Part shown: piece by piece, positions 46,345 to 55,519 of the stretch | Layout: each line of letters starts with the position of its first letter | How positions within the stretch are numbered: the stretch's first letter is position 1 | IMG/VR virus record: IMGVR_UViG_3300031419_000010 | Span: 32,001 to 96,000 of that record | Reading direction: 5' to 3' (one strand) | DNA from: a virus | Length of the DNA: 64,000 bases | Notes under the pieces: generated by a model | Databases searched by the model: none | What the model was told of the DNA's origin: nothing | Seen by the model: the letters and a program-made list of their open reading frames with translations, nothing else | Position numbers and translations under genes: made by a program

Positions 46345-47865
46345 TTAATCGTCGTCGTTATCATCGTTATCGGTAGACTTACCTTTAGCGATAATACTGG
46401 CACGAAGAAGATCGCGACCTTTAGGCGATTGCAGGAACTTGAAACACCAAGCGCGTAAGCTGTTAGGTTTGACACCCATCTTTTTACAAACTTTGGTGAT
46501 CTGTTCTTTGTTGCCGTTGATCAGTGTGCGGAACTCCTGCCAATCAATTGCGTTTTTGCTTGCAAGAGGACAAGGATCATTGAACTTGATACGGTTACGC
46601 GTACCAGAGATCAGGCCGATAGTTTTCATATAGTGCCATGTATCGAACACTGGATCAAAACCACGCGCTTCACCTTTGCCGTCAGATTCCCACAAACGAA
46701 CCCACGTTGTTTGGTTTGGAATACCACCCATTTTATTTTTAACCGTACGAATCGCGATAAAGCGATAACGGTCAATGCCGCCCGGAACGGTAACGCTGTC
46801 TTCACCAACGATCCCCGGCGCATCTTTCAGAACAGTCCAACCTTGCGGAACTGCACGGCTTGCCATACGCAGACGAACGTCACTATAGAATTTCAGTGCA
46901 TCGCCGCACGGTTCATATTCAGGACTACCAAACATTGTCGCAGGTTTCTGACGCAACTGGTTGATACCAATAATCGTCATCATCTTACGACGCATACCGC
47001 CACGGAAACGTTTGATACCGTCCGAGAACATACGCGCTTGAAGCGCCATTGCTTTTGAACCTTCGTCATCGTCAACTTGATCCGGCATCATTGCAGGATA
47101 AGAGTCAACGAGCGTAAGGCTTTGCATGTGCGCATCAGGTGCCGGAACTTTGAATTGGTTATGACTGCTAAACCATTTCTTGTCGTAGTGATTGCCGACG
47201 AACTTTTTATTCTCTTTGGTATTCTCGAAAATAAAGAATGCGCGACCGTCTTTTTCAACAACCTTATCAGGAAGACGGCGACGAACACTCGACATATAAT
47301 CGAAGAACTTCTCGCCGTTGTCTGGTGCGTAGTAACGAATACGTGGGCGAACTAACCACTCATCGGTTTCCGTATCTTTAACACCAAAGATTTCTTTCGG
47401 ATCGATTTTAACGCCAAGCGTCTTCAACTGGTTAGCGGCGTATTGTTCATCTGCCGAACCTTCGTAGTCAAAGTAACTTGTGGTGCCACGGAAGTTTTGT
47501 TTGATCAGCGCAGCAGCGATACACATCGCGAGAGTTGATTTACAACTTTGTTCACCGCCTGCAAACGTATACCAGCCGCCCGGAACGATACCGCCATCCA
47601 GATACATATCCAGCGCCAGAATCCCGGTACTGATACGCTCCGCATAACGCATCATGTTTTGCGAACTGATTTTCGTTTTCTTCTCAACCGCGTCGATTAC
47701 GCCGTCAAGGTAAGCGTTCATGTCAATGCCAAATGCTTTCGGTTCGATTGCATCGATCACTGACTTCGCCGCTTTCTTCACAACTAAATCAGATCCCTCA
47801 ACCGCTTTGGTTTTGGAAACTTTTTTAGCTGGTTTTTCTTTCTCTTTGGTTTTGGTTTTAGCCAT
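46345..47865 (-). CDS. recA: RecA/UvsX-like recombinase
   Basis: ISTGILALD..GG, Walker A GGEQSCKST, DYEGS, Walker B LVDS, QARMFS, INQLR, GDALKFYSDVR, VKNK. Confidence 0.93.
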   Translation of the reverse strand: MAKTKTKEKEKPAKKVSKTKAVEGSDLVVKKAAKSVIDAIEPKAFGIDMNAYLDGVIDAVEKKTKISSQNMMRYAERISTGILALDMYLDGGIVPGGWYTFAGGEQSCKSTLAMCIAAALIKQNFRGTTSYFDYEGSADEQYAANQLKTLGVKIDPKEIFGVKDTETDEWLVRPRIRYYAPDNGEKFFDYMSSVRRRLPDKVVEKDGRAFFIFENTKENKKFVGNHYDKKWFSSHNQFKVPAPDAHMQSLTLVDSYPAMMPDQVDDDEGSKAMALQARMFSDGIKRFRGGMRRKMMTIIGINQLRQKPATMFGSPEYEPCGDALKFYSDVRLRMASRAVPQGWTVLKDAPGIVGEDSVTVPGGIDRYRFIAIRTVKNKMGGIPNQTTWVRLWESDGKGEARGFDPVFDTWHYMKTIGLISGTRNRIKFNDPCPLASKNAIDWQEFRTLINGNKEQITKVCKKMGVKPNSLRAWCFKFLQSPKGRDLLRASIIAKGKSTDNDDNDDD

Positions 47866-47883
47866 TACTATAGGATTCCTGAG

Positions 47884-47909
47884 AAAAGAAAAGGCGACCG
47901 AAGCCGCCT
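47884..47909 (-). terminator. Intrinsic terminator with UUCG loop
   Basis: AGGCGGC-TTCG-GTCGCCT followed by TTTCTTTT. Confidence 0.75.
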
Positions 47910-47924
47910 CTTGAGATTACCTAC

Positions 47925-49163
47925 TTACTTCTTTTTCTTTTTGGATTTCTTGTCATCAGAAGATGATTTCTTTTTCTTCTTAGACTTTTTGGAATCCTCT
48001 TCATCCTCATCGTCGTCATCCGACTTTTTGGATTTCTTTTTCTTCGAAGACTTGTCAGAAGACTTCGACGACTTAGAAGATTTGGAAGAAGATTTCTTTT
48101 TCTTCTTCTTGCTGTCTTCTTCGTCTTCGTCATCCTCATCGTCCTCATCGTCGTCTAACAGCTTACGCGATTTGGATTTTTTGGATTTCTTCTTAGACTT
48201 TGAATCGTCTTCATCTTCATCGTCTTCGTCGTCATCCTCATCCTCATCCTCGTCGTCATCCAGCTTGCGACGTTTCTTGTCGGACTTTTTATCCTTGCCT
48301 TTCTTTTTCTTGCCGAGCGACATTGAATCATCATCGTCGTCTTCGTCATCATCGCCATCAGCAACTTCGCTACCGCCGATAATGTCCATGCGTTTGAATT
48401 CAGTCAGCGCGTCTTTCTCGCTCAGACGGCCCAACGCGTCATAAATCTTTTCCCAATCTTCAAAGTTCCAAGTCAGATATTCTGACTCTTCCTCAGTGAT
48501 CGGACGATGCTTGCCGCGCTCAACAGTGTATTTGTTCGCAGCCGCTGCTTTGGCGTCGTATTTGATCTCAACGTCACAGCCATATTTCGGATGGTTGATC
48601 GGGAATGCCTGTTCGACTTTCTTCCCGGTTTTCTTATCCTTCACTTTATGGAAGTTACGTTCGCCAAGCTGTTTGATTTTGTTCGCAAGGCTGTTAGTGA
48701 TTGGAACCACAACAACCGGAGTCCACGAATCAGAATCTTTATCTTTCTTACCAGTTTTTTCTTCCTGCTTTGAATGCTTAGGAAGTTTGCGCGGTTTCGA
48801 TTCTTGCTCGTCGCGAGAAATCGCCTGAACGAACCATTTGAAATCGAACTGCGCTGGCGCACCAGATTTATCATCACCATGCTCAAGCGCACAGAAAGGA
48901 CATTTCATTCCACGCAGAGGATCGCGGCTATCCGGATCGAAACTCACACACATCATCGGGATCTTGAACAGCTTGTCCTTTTCTTTCCCGCCCATGATGC
49001 GCACCCAATGCTTTTTGATTGGTAAGAAATCGAGTGCGAGAATACGAATAGTTGTCCACTGTCCTGCCGCTTTTTTCGCAAGCGGGAAGATTTCCCACAA
49101 ATCAGTTTCGCGAAGATTGTCGCGACTGGAATTGTCAGAAACGGCATCAAAACCACGGGCCAT
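47925..49163 (-). CDS. Putative ssDNA-binding protein (gp32-like) with long D/E-K polyampholyte tail
   Basis: TIRIL..HW..C..CPFC..YGCDVEIK..KYTV gp32-type pattern; adjacent to recA. Confidence 0.7.
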   Translation of the reverse strand: MARGFDAVSDNSSRDNLRETDLWEIFPLAKKAAGQWTTIRILALDFLPIKKHWVRIMGGKEKDKLFKIPMMCVSFDPDSRDPLRGMKCPFCALEHGDDKSGAPAQFDFKWFVQAISRDEQESKPRKLPKHSKQEEKTGKKDKDSDSWTPVVVVPITNSLANKIKQLGERNFHKVKDKKTGKKVEQAFPINHPKYGCDVEIKYDAKAAAANKYTVERGKHRPITEEESEYLTWNFEDWEKIYDALGRLSEKDALTEFKRMDIIGGSEVADGDDDEDDDDDSMSLGKKKKGKDKKSDKKRRKLDDDEDEDEDDDEDDEDEDDSKSKKKSKKSKSRKLLDDDEDDEDDEDEEDSKKKKKKSSSKSSKSSKSSDKSSKKKKSKKSDDDDEDEEDSKKSKKKKKSSSDDKKSKKKKK

Positions 49164-49206
49164 GTTAAGTCCTCAAAATTTGGAGTGAATCGGTATACAC
49201 AGTATG

Positions 49207-49213
49207 TTTACAG
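49207..49213 (-). promoter_or_regulatory. CTGTAAA motif upstream of SSB gene
   Basis: intergenic, about 44 nt before ATG; same motif upstream of four other core genes. Confidence 0.5.
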
Positions 49214-49226
49214 ATTCTGTTTTTAA

Positions 49227-50270
49227 TTACGACAAGTCCTGTCGGCGCATGTACGATCTCATGAAGTCTAATTCTTCTTTTTCGAATGCTTCCCTTATAT
49301 CCATCGTAAGTCGAGCAATACCGAACGGATCAACACGTTTTACCAACAGTCCTAATTTTTCTGCCTGTCTGGTTCCATTCACAGAGTCTTCAAGGTTATC
49401 CCCACCGACTCTGAAATGCAGAGAGGAATCCGCGCCTTCTGATCCTTCGTCAGAATCATTCGGGTTTGTATCCAGACTCACAGAAAAGTTAACGGATGAA
49501 GTGTCCTCTTTTGTTGCGAGGCGTTTTTTCTGAGTCTGCGGAATAATGTAGGCAATCCCATATTCGTGATCGCTGCTACTACAAGTCTGCGCATTCAGAA
49601 TCCACCACTTCACGTACGAAACAATAGCGCCCTTCGCACTATCATATTTGTTTATTGCGATTAGAACATTGCGCAAGAAGTTTTGATTAACGTCCTTGCT
49701 GTCATACTGTTTGCCTTTGTTCGTGTCGATATAAAACTTCGCATGTTTCTGGCACAGGCGATAAAAATCAGCAACGACAGAATGAAAGTAATCCTTAAAC
49801 AAAGGCAGCATGTCATTCAAACGTACCAGCGCTACAAAAAGTTTTGAACGCGAACTCGCACCAGTAGCAGTAACAATCGCATCCAAACGTTTTGCATATA
49901 TCTTTCGCTTATCGCTATCCGTTGTTGAAATGAACAAACGATACAAATCAACATAGGTGCGATAATATTTGTTTAGAACGTTTTCCAAGAAGATATAGAT
50001 AAAGTTCCGTTCCATCTTCACTTCGACCAGATACTGCATTCGCATGTCACGCGGCGTAGTCAAAGTTTTGATAACCAGACTGATCGCACGTTCACGCGTT
50101 TCTGCATTATAAGGCTTACGCTTTTTATTCGAAGTGACCAGACTCAGGAGATAAATCAACTGCACATCAAACAAGTCTGTGTTTTCCACAATCTCGCGCA
50201 ATGAATCATAAAGCAGCGTATCTAAAACATCCTCAGTCTGACCGCCCGTAAGATTGGACTTGTCTGACAT
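49227..50270 (-). CDS. Phage sigma70-like RNA polymerase sigma factor
   Basis: region 2 signature DVNQNFLRNVLIAINKYDSAKGAIVSYVKWWILNA; later SVSLD as in region 3. Confidence 0.75.
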   Translation of the reverse strand: MSDKSNLTGGQTEDVLDTLLYDSLREIVENTDLFDVQLIYLLSLVTSNKKRKPYNAETRERAISLVIKTLTTPRDMRMQYLVEVKMERNFIYIFLENVLNKYYRTYVDLYRLFISTTDSDKRKIYAKRLDAIVTATGASSRSKLFVALVRLNDMLPLFKDYFHSVVADFYRLCQKHAKFYIDTNKGKQYDSKDVNQNFLRNVLIAINKYDSAKGAIVSYVKWWILNAQTCSSSDHEYGIAYIIPQTQKKRLATKEDTSSVNFSVSLDTNPNDSDEGSEGADSSLHFRVGGDNLEDSVNGTRQAEKLGLLVKRVDPFGIARLTMDIREAFEKEELDFMRSYMRRQDLS

Positions 50271-50307
50271 TTATCGCACCCACAGAATAGTTGACCCTAC
50301 CTTACCT

Positions 50308-50595
50308 TTACAGTTTTCGCGTAGTTTCACGATCAACATACTCTAATTGTTGTTCCAAAGTTTCAAACTTTTCAGGCTTGAACTTTCCGAGATCAGACGG
50401 CGCAGGAGGATTGTCTTGTGCAGCTTTTTCTTTCTGCAATTTTTCATCCTCTTCTTCCTTTTTGCGAATTTCTTCCGGCGAGGTTTCGTCGTTGTATTCG
50501 CGGAAACGTTCACGTTCCTTTTTGTGGTCTTCTGCGCGTTGTGCGTTGTCTGAAAGTTGTGGGCCGTCTTGTGCAAGATCGATTTCTACTTTCAT
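50308..50595 (-). CDS. Small charged hypothetical protein
   Basis: start MKVEIDL overlaps upstream stop. Confidence 0.65.
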   Translation of the reverse strand: MKVEIDLAQDGPQLSDNAQRAEDHKKERERFREYNDETSPEEIRKKEEEDEKLQKEKAAQDNPPAPSDLGKFKPEKFETLEQQLEYVDRETTRKL

Positions 50596-51029
50596 TTCGC
50601 CTTTTCCCTTGTTTGGTTGCCAAGCGTAATGCGGAGCAAAGGAATGTGAGGTGACATAATGATGTTGTGCAAACATTCCAATTCAGCCTCAGAACTATTT
50701 TTCGTAATAGTGATATGAGGGCGATAAGGAATGTGATCAAAGTTCACGTTAGGGTTTGCGTGGATTCGCGCATGTTCCGCTTGAAGATCTTCCGATTCCA
50801 AAGTCAGAACCAGAATGTTATCGTCTGGCCCGAACAATTCAACGCCTGCAATAACGGCTTCGAAAGTTCCGGTGCTTAGAGGAATGTCGTTGTCCGGATT
50901 GCGATTATCAAATGCAATCGTAACGTGCAGGTTATCCAAATCTTCCGGAGCGGCGACTGCGCTGCAAATCGCTTTGATCATTTGAGACGATTTTTCGTCA
51001 GGATGTAATTTCCACAAGCCGGGAGTCAC
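50592..51029 (-). CDS. 2H phosphoesterase, Acb1 (T4 gp57B)-like
   Basis: two HxT motifs LHVTIAF and PHITIT; LVLTLESEDL..H; GGAG RBS before GTG. Confidence 0.8.
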   Translation of the reverse strand: MTPGLWKLHPDEKSSQMIKAICSAVAAPEDLDNLHVTIAFDNRNPDNDIPLSTGTFEAVIAGVELFGPDDNILVLTLESEDLQAEHARIHANPNVNFDHIPYRPHITITKNSSEAELECLHNIIMSPHIPLLRITLGNQTREKAK

Positions 51030-51519
51030 AGGGTTTAATCTCCAGTGGATGAAACTCACCAAACGTCACAGCGGTTTTGCAGATCGGACAAGGCGAACGG
51101 CCTTCCGCGTGAGTAATGTATTCCGGATGAATCGTACAGGGGAAATCACTGTTGTAGAAAACACGGAACACATAACCGCGAACAGTTTTGTCATCCATAA
51201 AACGAAACGGACGAACATGAAAACCATTCGGCATCAAATGAGTTTTGATGTAATCAAAGATAAGGCGATACTCATATTCAATATCGCCGCCAAAGTTTTC
51301 AGGCAGTCTAGTAAAAATAACATCCACAACTGGCTTGATAAACTTTTGATCGGTATTTTTGAACGGATGCAGATAACGGCAAACTTTGTTGTCTTTCAAC
51401 AACTCAACCGGATAGCAAAAAGAGTCTCTGAAAAGAACATTGTGCCAGCGGTCTTTTTGAGCCGCCAGCTTTTTAATGAAATCTACAAAAGCCTGTTCAT
51501 GCTGTTTTCTGTTTTGCAT
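50998..51519 (-). CDS. Hypothetical protein with C-terminal zinc finger
   Basis: CTIH...CPIC. Confidence 0.65.
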   Translation of the reverse strand: MQNRKQHEQAFVDFIKKLAAQKDRWHNVLFRDSFCYPVELLKDNKVCRYLHPFKNTDQKFIKPVVDVIFTRLPENFGGDIEYEYRLIFDYIKTHLMPNGFHVRPFRFMDDKTVRGYVFRVFYNSDFPCTIHPEYITHAEGRSPCPICKTAVTFGEFHPLEIKPCDSRLVEITS

Positions 51520-51523
51520 AAAT

Positions 51524-51742
51524 TTATTCCGTTGTGTATTCGCAATTACATGGTTGTTCTACTGTATCCGCGAAGCCAGAAGGTTCAGAAACTTTTCCGC
51601 ATTTGGTGCAAGTCCGTACCCAACCGTGCGGAGACAAACGCGCTGCGCTCATCGTGTTGCTGATTGGTGTGGGATCAGGCATCGCTAAAGTTTTCCCTAG
51701 TGTTAATCTGCGCCGCCTGTTACCACAAGTAGCGCATCCCAT
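51524..51742 (-). CDS. Small Cys-rich protein
   Basis: MGCATCG..CTKC..CNC; GGAG RBS. Confidence 0.65.
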   Translation of the reverse strand: MGCATCGNRRRRLTLGKTLAMPDPTPISNTMSAARLSPHGWVRTCTKCGKVSEPSGFADTVEQPCNCEYTTE

Positions 51743-52060
51743 TTAAAACTCCAGTTCGATATGAATTTTGTTTTCAACCGTCGCGGTTGAAACTGTTTTG
51801 GCAGTACGCCCAATCAAACCGTCAATTTGTTCCTGCGTCATTTTACGCAACAGATGAGGACGCAAAAACTCTACGATCTCAGTGCTGAGTAAAACATCGT
51901 GGCGCACAAAGTTTGAAGGCGATTCTTTTGCCTTAGTCTTTGCAGCAGACCAGCATTGTTCTGAATGCTTTTCGATCTCACGCATGATAATGCCGCGAGT
52001 GAATCCGTCAATGACAGAACCGTTTTGCATTGGAAGAACAAAGCGAGAACAAGTGATCAT
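51743..52060 (-). CDS. Hypothetical protein
   Basis: 105 aa ORF. Confidence 0.6.
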   Translation of the reverse strand: MITCSRFVLPMQNGSVIDGFTRGIIMREIEKHSEQCWSAAKTKAKESPSNFVRHDVLLSTEIVEFLRPHLLRKMTQEQIDGLIGRTAKTVSTATVENKIHIELEF

Positions 52061-52341
52061 ACGAAATTTTCCTTGTGTGATTCAAAAGATGGATTGCGTG
52101 GTAACGCGCTGAACACGAAACTCACGTCAGGTTGTTTGCCGCACGACATTCCTAACTTTAGTCCAGAAATGTACATCCCTTTATATTTTTCGATTGTGCT
52201 ACAAAATGGAGACAGCAGATCAATCGTTTCCTTGTCCACGAAAATATCGGCCATAAGATCTTTGTTTTTATTTTCCAGCTTGCTCCAAATATCAAGCAGA
52301 CCAGAAACGGGATGTACAGAGGTACTGGACATTGCGCTCAC
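52057..52341 (-). CDS. Hypothetical protein
   Basis: 94 aa ORF. Confidence 0.6.
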   Translation of the reverse strand: MSAMSSTSVHPVSGLLDIWSKLENKNKDLMADIFVDKETIDLLSPFCSTIEKYKGMYISGLKLGMSCGKQPDVSFVFSALPRNPSFESHKENFV

Positions 52342-52343
52342 CT

Positions 52344-52499
52344 TTAGAAAAGAGTAACCACTTTTTGCCGTCTTGAATCGGTGCGGCGCATTTCGCGAGT
52401 GCGACCGCGTGGTTTAGATTGGAAAACTTCACGAACAACTTCTTTCAGTTGTTTTTCTTCTTCCTTGCCAAGATCAAATCCTGAATATGCGAAACGCAT
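52344..52499 (-). CDS. Small basic protein, 51 aa (MRFAYSGFDL...), not in ORF track
   Basis: fills the gap exactly. Confidence 0.5.
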   Translation of the reverse strand: MRFAYSGFDLGKEEEKQLKEVVREVFQSKPRGRTREMRRTDSRRQKVVTLF

Positions 52500-52500
52500 T

Positions 52501-53160
52501 TTAATCACCGTTAGTTTTAATTCGTTTGGCTAGAGCCATTGCATGTTTACACAGTGCCGGAACATGCGCGGGGTTTGTGTAATCAGGCGGCTCCCCGTTG
52601 CCATAAATAATTCGACCTGCGCCGTGTTCAGCATTCGCGTACTCCCACATAAACACGTAGTTAGCACACGGACAACTTACCATGACACGTTTTTGTTTTG
52701 AGATAGGTTTGTTTGGATCGTCCAGACCAACAAACATAACTTCATATTCACGAACTTCTTTCGAAGGACGCAAAGGATCTTTATGGCGAACTTTTGCCAT
52801 AACAACAGGAAGTGCTTTTCCTGTTTTGGTTTTCTTATAACCGCGCACATAACACTCATCGCCATTTTCACGCATCAAGCGCGGAGTGTTTTTGATCAGC
52901 AATGTAAGGCTTACGCCTTTATCCATCTTTGCAGTGCGTGGCGGTTGCGGAACTTGCTTAGGTGTAAAAGGAGTGGCGGTTGCAATACGCTTTTCACCAC
53001 TTGTCATACGTCGCGACTTATCGCTAGACGCACTTAAAGTTTTTACACCCTTCGCATACTTCCCGCTGGAAACTTGCTTCAAAGCCTTCTGTCGCTGCTC
53101 CGCTTGTTTGGCAGCAGGACTTTTCTTTGTGGGCTTTGCGAGTGACTTGTATTTAGCCAT
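52501..53160 (-). CDS. SWIM zinc-finger protein
   Basis: VSCPC...LCKH. Confidence 0.75.
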   Translation of the reverse strand: MAKYKSLAKPTKKSPAAKQAEQRQKALKQVSSGKYAKGVKTLSASSDKSRRMTSGEKRIATATPFTPKQVPQPPRTAKMDKGVSLTLLIKNTPRLMRENGDECYVRGYKKTKTGKALPVVMAKVRHKDPLRPSKEVREYEVMFVGLDDPNKPISKQKRVMVSCPCANYVFMWEYANAEHGAGRIIYGNGEPPDYTNPAHVPALCKHAMALAKRIKTNGD

Positions 53161-53597
53161 TCGAAAATGATCTCCTTTGGTACAAAGAAATGTTGATCGG
53201 ACGTAGTGCGAATGTGGCTCAACTTTTCTATCGTGTCATCCATGTGATTTGGAATACGCGTATAGCGAAAGTGAGTCGCACCACGATCAAGATTTCTGTT
53301 TGAGCAAATGCCGATCAATTCTGAACAAAATCCTTTATCCAAAATAACAGGAATCAGATCATGCGCAATTGCGACAGATTCAACAGTTCGCATAAGCCAC
53401 GAAAGATTTTGAACAGCGCCTTCGGAAGAACGCAAACGTATTTGATCGGCGGGCTTGCCATTAAACCAAATACTTTCGATAACAAGAAAGTTATTTTTTC
53501 TGGTCAGTTTGAAACTACAACGAGGAGTTACAGGACTCGTTTTCATAAGTGTGTCGATTGCGATCAAACAATCAACCAGCGATTGACTATCGCCCAT
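53079..53597 (-). CDS. Hypothetical protein (start uncertain)
   Basis: the ORF-track 5' extension overlaps the acidic gene 53626..54057. Confidence 0.55.
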   Translation of the reverse strand: MGDSQSLVDCLIAIDTLMKTSPVTPRCSFKLTRKNNFLVIESIWFNGKPADQIRLRSSEGAVQNLSWLMRTVESVAIAHDLIPVILDKGFCSELIGICSNRNLDRGATHFRYTRIPNHMDDTIEKLSHIRTTSDQHFFVPKEIIFEWLNTSHSQSPQRKVLLPNKRSSDRRL

Positions 53598-53625
53598 GCC
53601 TTCATGAAAACATGCAAGTTCTGTT

Positions 53626-54057
53626 TTATTCTTCGTCGTCTCCAAAGTCATCGTCAGAGTCTCCAGACTCATCACCCGCGTCTTCGGATTCTTCATCCTC
53701 TTCTTTTCCACCAGATTTTTTGTTCTTTCCTTTACCTGCGCCGCCTGCATTATCGGAGTCGTCGTCGGAAGCATCATCGTCAGATCCAAAGTCATTTGAG
53801 TCATCATCACCGAAACCCTCGTCATCATCTTTCGAATCATCCGTGGCTGCGGCACCCTTCTTATCTTTTACAGATTTCTTAGGTGCTGCTTTTTCTGCAA
53901 CTTTCTCCTTTGCTTTCTCTTCTTCATGCTGGCGTAAACGCTTCTCCAGCGCTGAAAATTCTGAAAGATCCGTACGCGTTGTTGAAGACTCAGGAGAATC
54001 CAAAGTGCTTCGCCCTTTGTCGCTAGTGTTTGCACTCAGCGAGATTAAAACTTTCAT
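53626..54057 (-). CDS. Acidic low-complexity protein
   Basis: GAGG RBS; D/G-rich tail. Confidence 0.7.
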   Translation of the reverse strand: MKVLISLSANTSDKGRSTLDSPESSTTRTDLSEFSALEKRLRQHEEEKAKEKVAEKAAPKKSVKDKKGAAATDDSKDDDEGFGDDDSNDFGSDDDASDDDSDNAGGAGKGKNKKSGGKEEDEESEDAGDESGDSDDDFGDDEE

Positions 54058-54064
54058 AGTGACC

Positions 54065-55144
54065 TCAAAGTTCAAATTGTTTTACGATACGCTTTTCCGG
54101 TTTGCCTTTCTTTTTCGGCATCAAACCGCCTTGATCTTTCTTTACGGCAGAAGGATTTGATTTCACAACCTCAGCGTAAGAAAGAGTAGGATCAGCCATA
54201 ATACGTTTTTCCATTTGCTCAAGAAAGTCTACGATGCGCGAAGTGATAAAACAGTGATCAACAAACGGGCAAGTTTCGTAACCATGAAATTCATCCCAAT
54301 AGTATTCAGGAGACTTGCAAGGTTTCTTCTTGATAGCAGCGGTAGGATCTTTTTCACGAACAGAAGCGATAACGGAATCCCATGCGCGAATCTGCTTCAT
54401 CATAAACTTGTAAGCGATCTGCGATTCTTCTTCGTCGAACTTAAAACTTTTCTCAACGAACTTTTTGGGATTGTCGCGAGGCACATACACCAACGTGTAA
54501 TCAACGATGTTGTATCCGTAACGCTTTTTCAGAATGTAGGCGTAGGTTGCGATTTGATAGCGATGGTACTTAACAAAGAAAGTTCCATCTGACGCTTTAG
54601 TGATCGTGGTACTTTTCAAGTCGATCAAACTATACGTGCCGTCAAGGTTATCAATCAAACCATCAACAAAGCCTTTCAAACTTTTGTACAGCACACGCAG
54701 TTCGCAATAGTCCATTGCCTTTTTGCACTTCGGGCAAATGTTGTCGCACGAATGTTTGCGCGTGTACTTTCCTTTTTTAATACGCTTGCCATTTTCATAC
54801 ACGCTTTTTGTTTTCGCGTACTCAGGGCAATCTGTGTTTGTGCATTTCCAGTGACCAACCATCTGACCACTGTAGCCCAAAGCGTTCTGCAAACTTTCGT
54901 GCATCCCCGTACCGGCTTTTGCAAAAATGTTTAGCATCGTTCCGTTTTCGCCGCTCAGAAATTTGTTATGCTTTTCGTAAATACGTTTGGCATATTCCTG
55001 AATGCTGCAAATTGGAAACATACTCGGACTAACACGCTTTTTGGGCCAACGCTTTTCCGGAACAGTTACATCAAGTGCGGAGTCAATCAAACGACCAACG
55101 CGAGAGAGCGTTCTCGTTTCATATAAGTTTCGGATTTGTCGCAC
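54065..55144 (-). CDS. Cas4/RecB-like PD-(D/E)xK exonuclease with zinc-ribbon insertion
   Basis: SPS..C, GTGMH, E..GFVDG..IDLKS, QIATY, C..CPFVDHC; inserted CTNTDC..CPKC. Confidence 0.85.
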   Translation of the reverse strand: MRQIRNLYETRTLSRVGRLIDSALDVTVPEKRWPKKRVSPSMFPICSIQEYAKRIYEKHNKFLSGENGTMLNIFAKAGTGMHESLQNALGYSGQMVGHWKCTNTDCPEYAKTKSVYENGKRIKKGKYTRKHSCDNICPKCKKAMDYCELRVLYKSLKGFVDGLIDNLDGTYSLIDLKSTTITKASDGTFFVKYHRYQIATYAYILKKRYGYNIVDYTLVYVPRDNPKKFVEKSFKFDEEESQIAYKFMMKQIRAWDSVIASVREKDPTAAIKKKPCKSPEYYWDEFHGYETCPFVDHCFITSRIVDFLEQMEKRIMADPTLSYAEVVKSNPSAVKKDQGGLMPKKKGKPEKRIVKQFEL

Positions 55145-55451
55145 TGTTCACCTCAATAGAAATGTTCTTTTCGAACAAATATACATCGTAGAAATAAGAT
55201 CCATTTTTCACTACTAAATGTTCTACGGGATCGGTTTCACGACTCACAATCTGCATAAACTTGAAACGGTCTTCAAGTTCCGCACGAAATTCAGGAGTGT
55301 ATTCAGAAACAGGAATAGACAAGCCTCGCATGTTGCTGTCTTTGAATACGGCGTATGTTCTTGCGTCTAACTCTGTAGATTTACAGAATCGCATCCAATG
55401 TGCGGGATATAAACGATGAACAATGTTTGATGCGTATGATGTAGTATTCAT
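55119..55451 (-). CDS. Hypothetical protein
   Basis: 110 aa ORF. Confidence 0.6.
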   Translation of the reverse strand: MNTTSYASNIVHRLYPAHWMRFCKSTELDARTYAVFKDSNMRGLSIPVSEYTPEFRAELEDRFKFMQIVSRETDPVEHLVVKNGSYFYDVYLFEKNISIEVNSATNPKLI

Positions 55452-55462
55452 GGCATTAAAAT

Positions 55463-55470
55463 CTGTAAAT
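55463..55470 (+). promoter_or_regulatory. CTGTAAAT motif upstream of primase gene
   Basis: intergenic, about 50 nt before ATG. Confidence 0.5.
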
Positions 55471-55519
55471 TCGAGTTAATAGGTACAGAAAAATTAGTAT
55501 TTCAAACAGGTGTTATTCT

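Noticed and set aside
47125-47290. Intein in RecA
   Set aside because: Insertion is only about 50 aa and lacks the C-terminal His-Asn splice motif and homing-endonuclease motifs
54065-55144. Cas4-like nuclease as evidence of CRISPR-Cas
   Set aside because: No cas1, cas2 or array; stand-alone Cas4-like nucleases are common in phage replication modules
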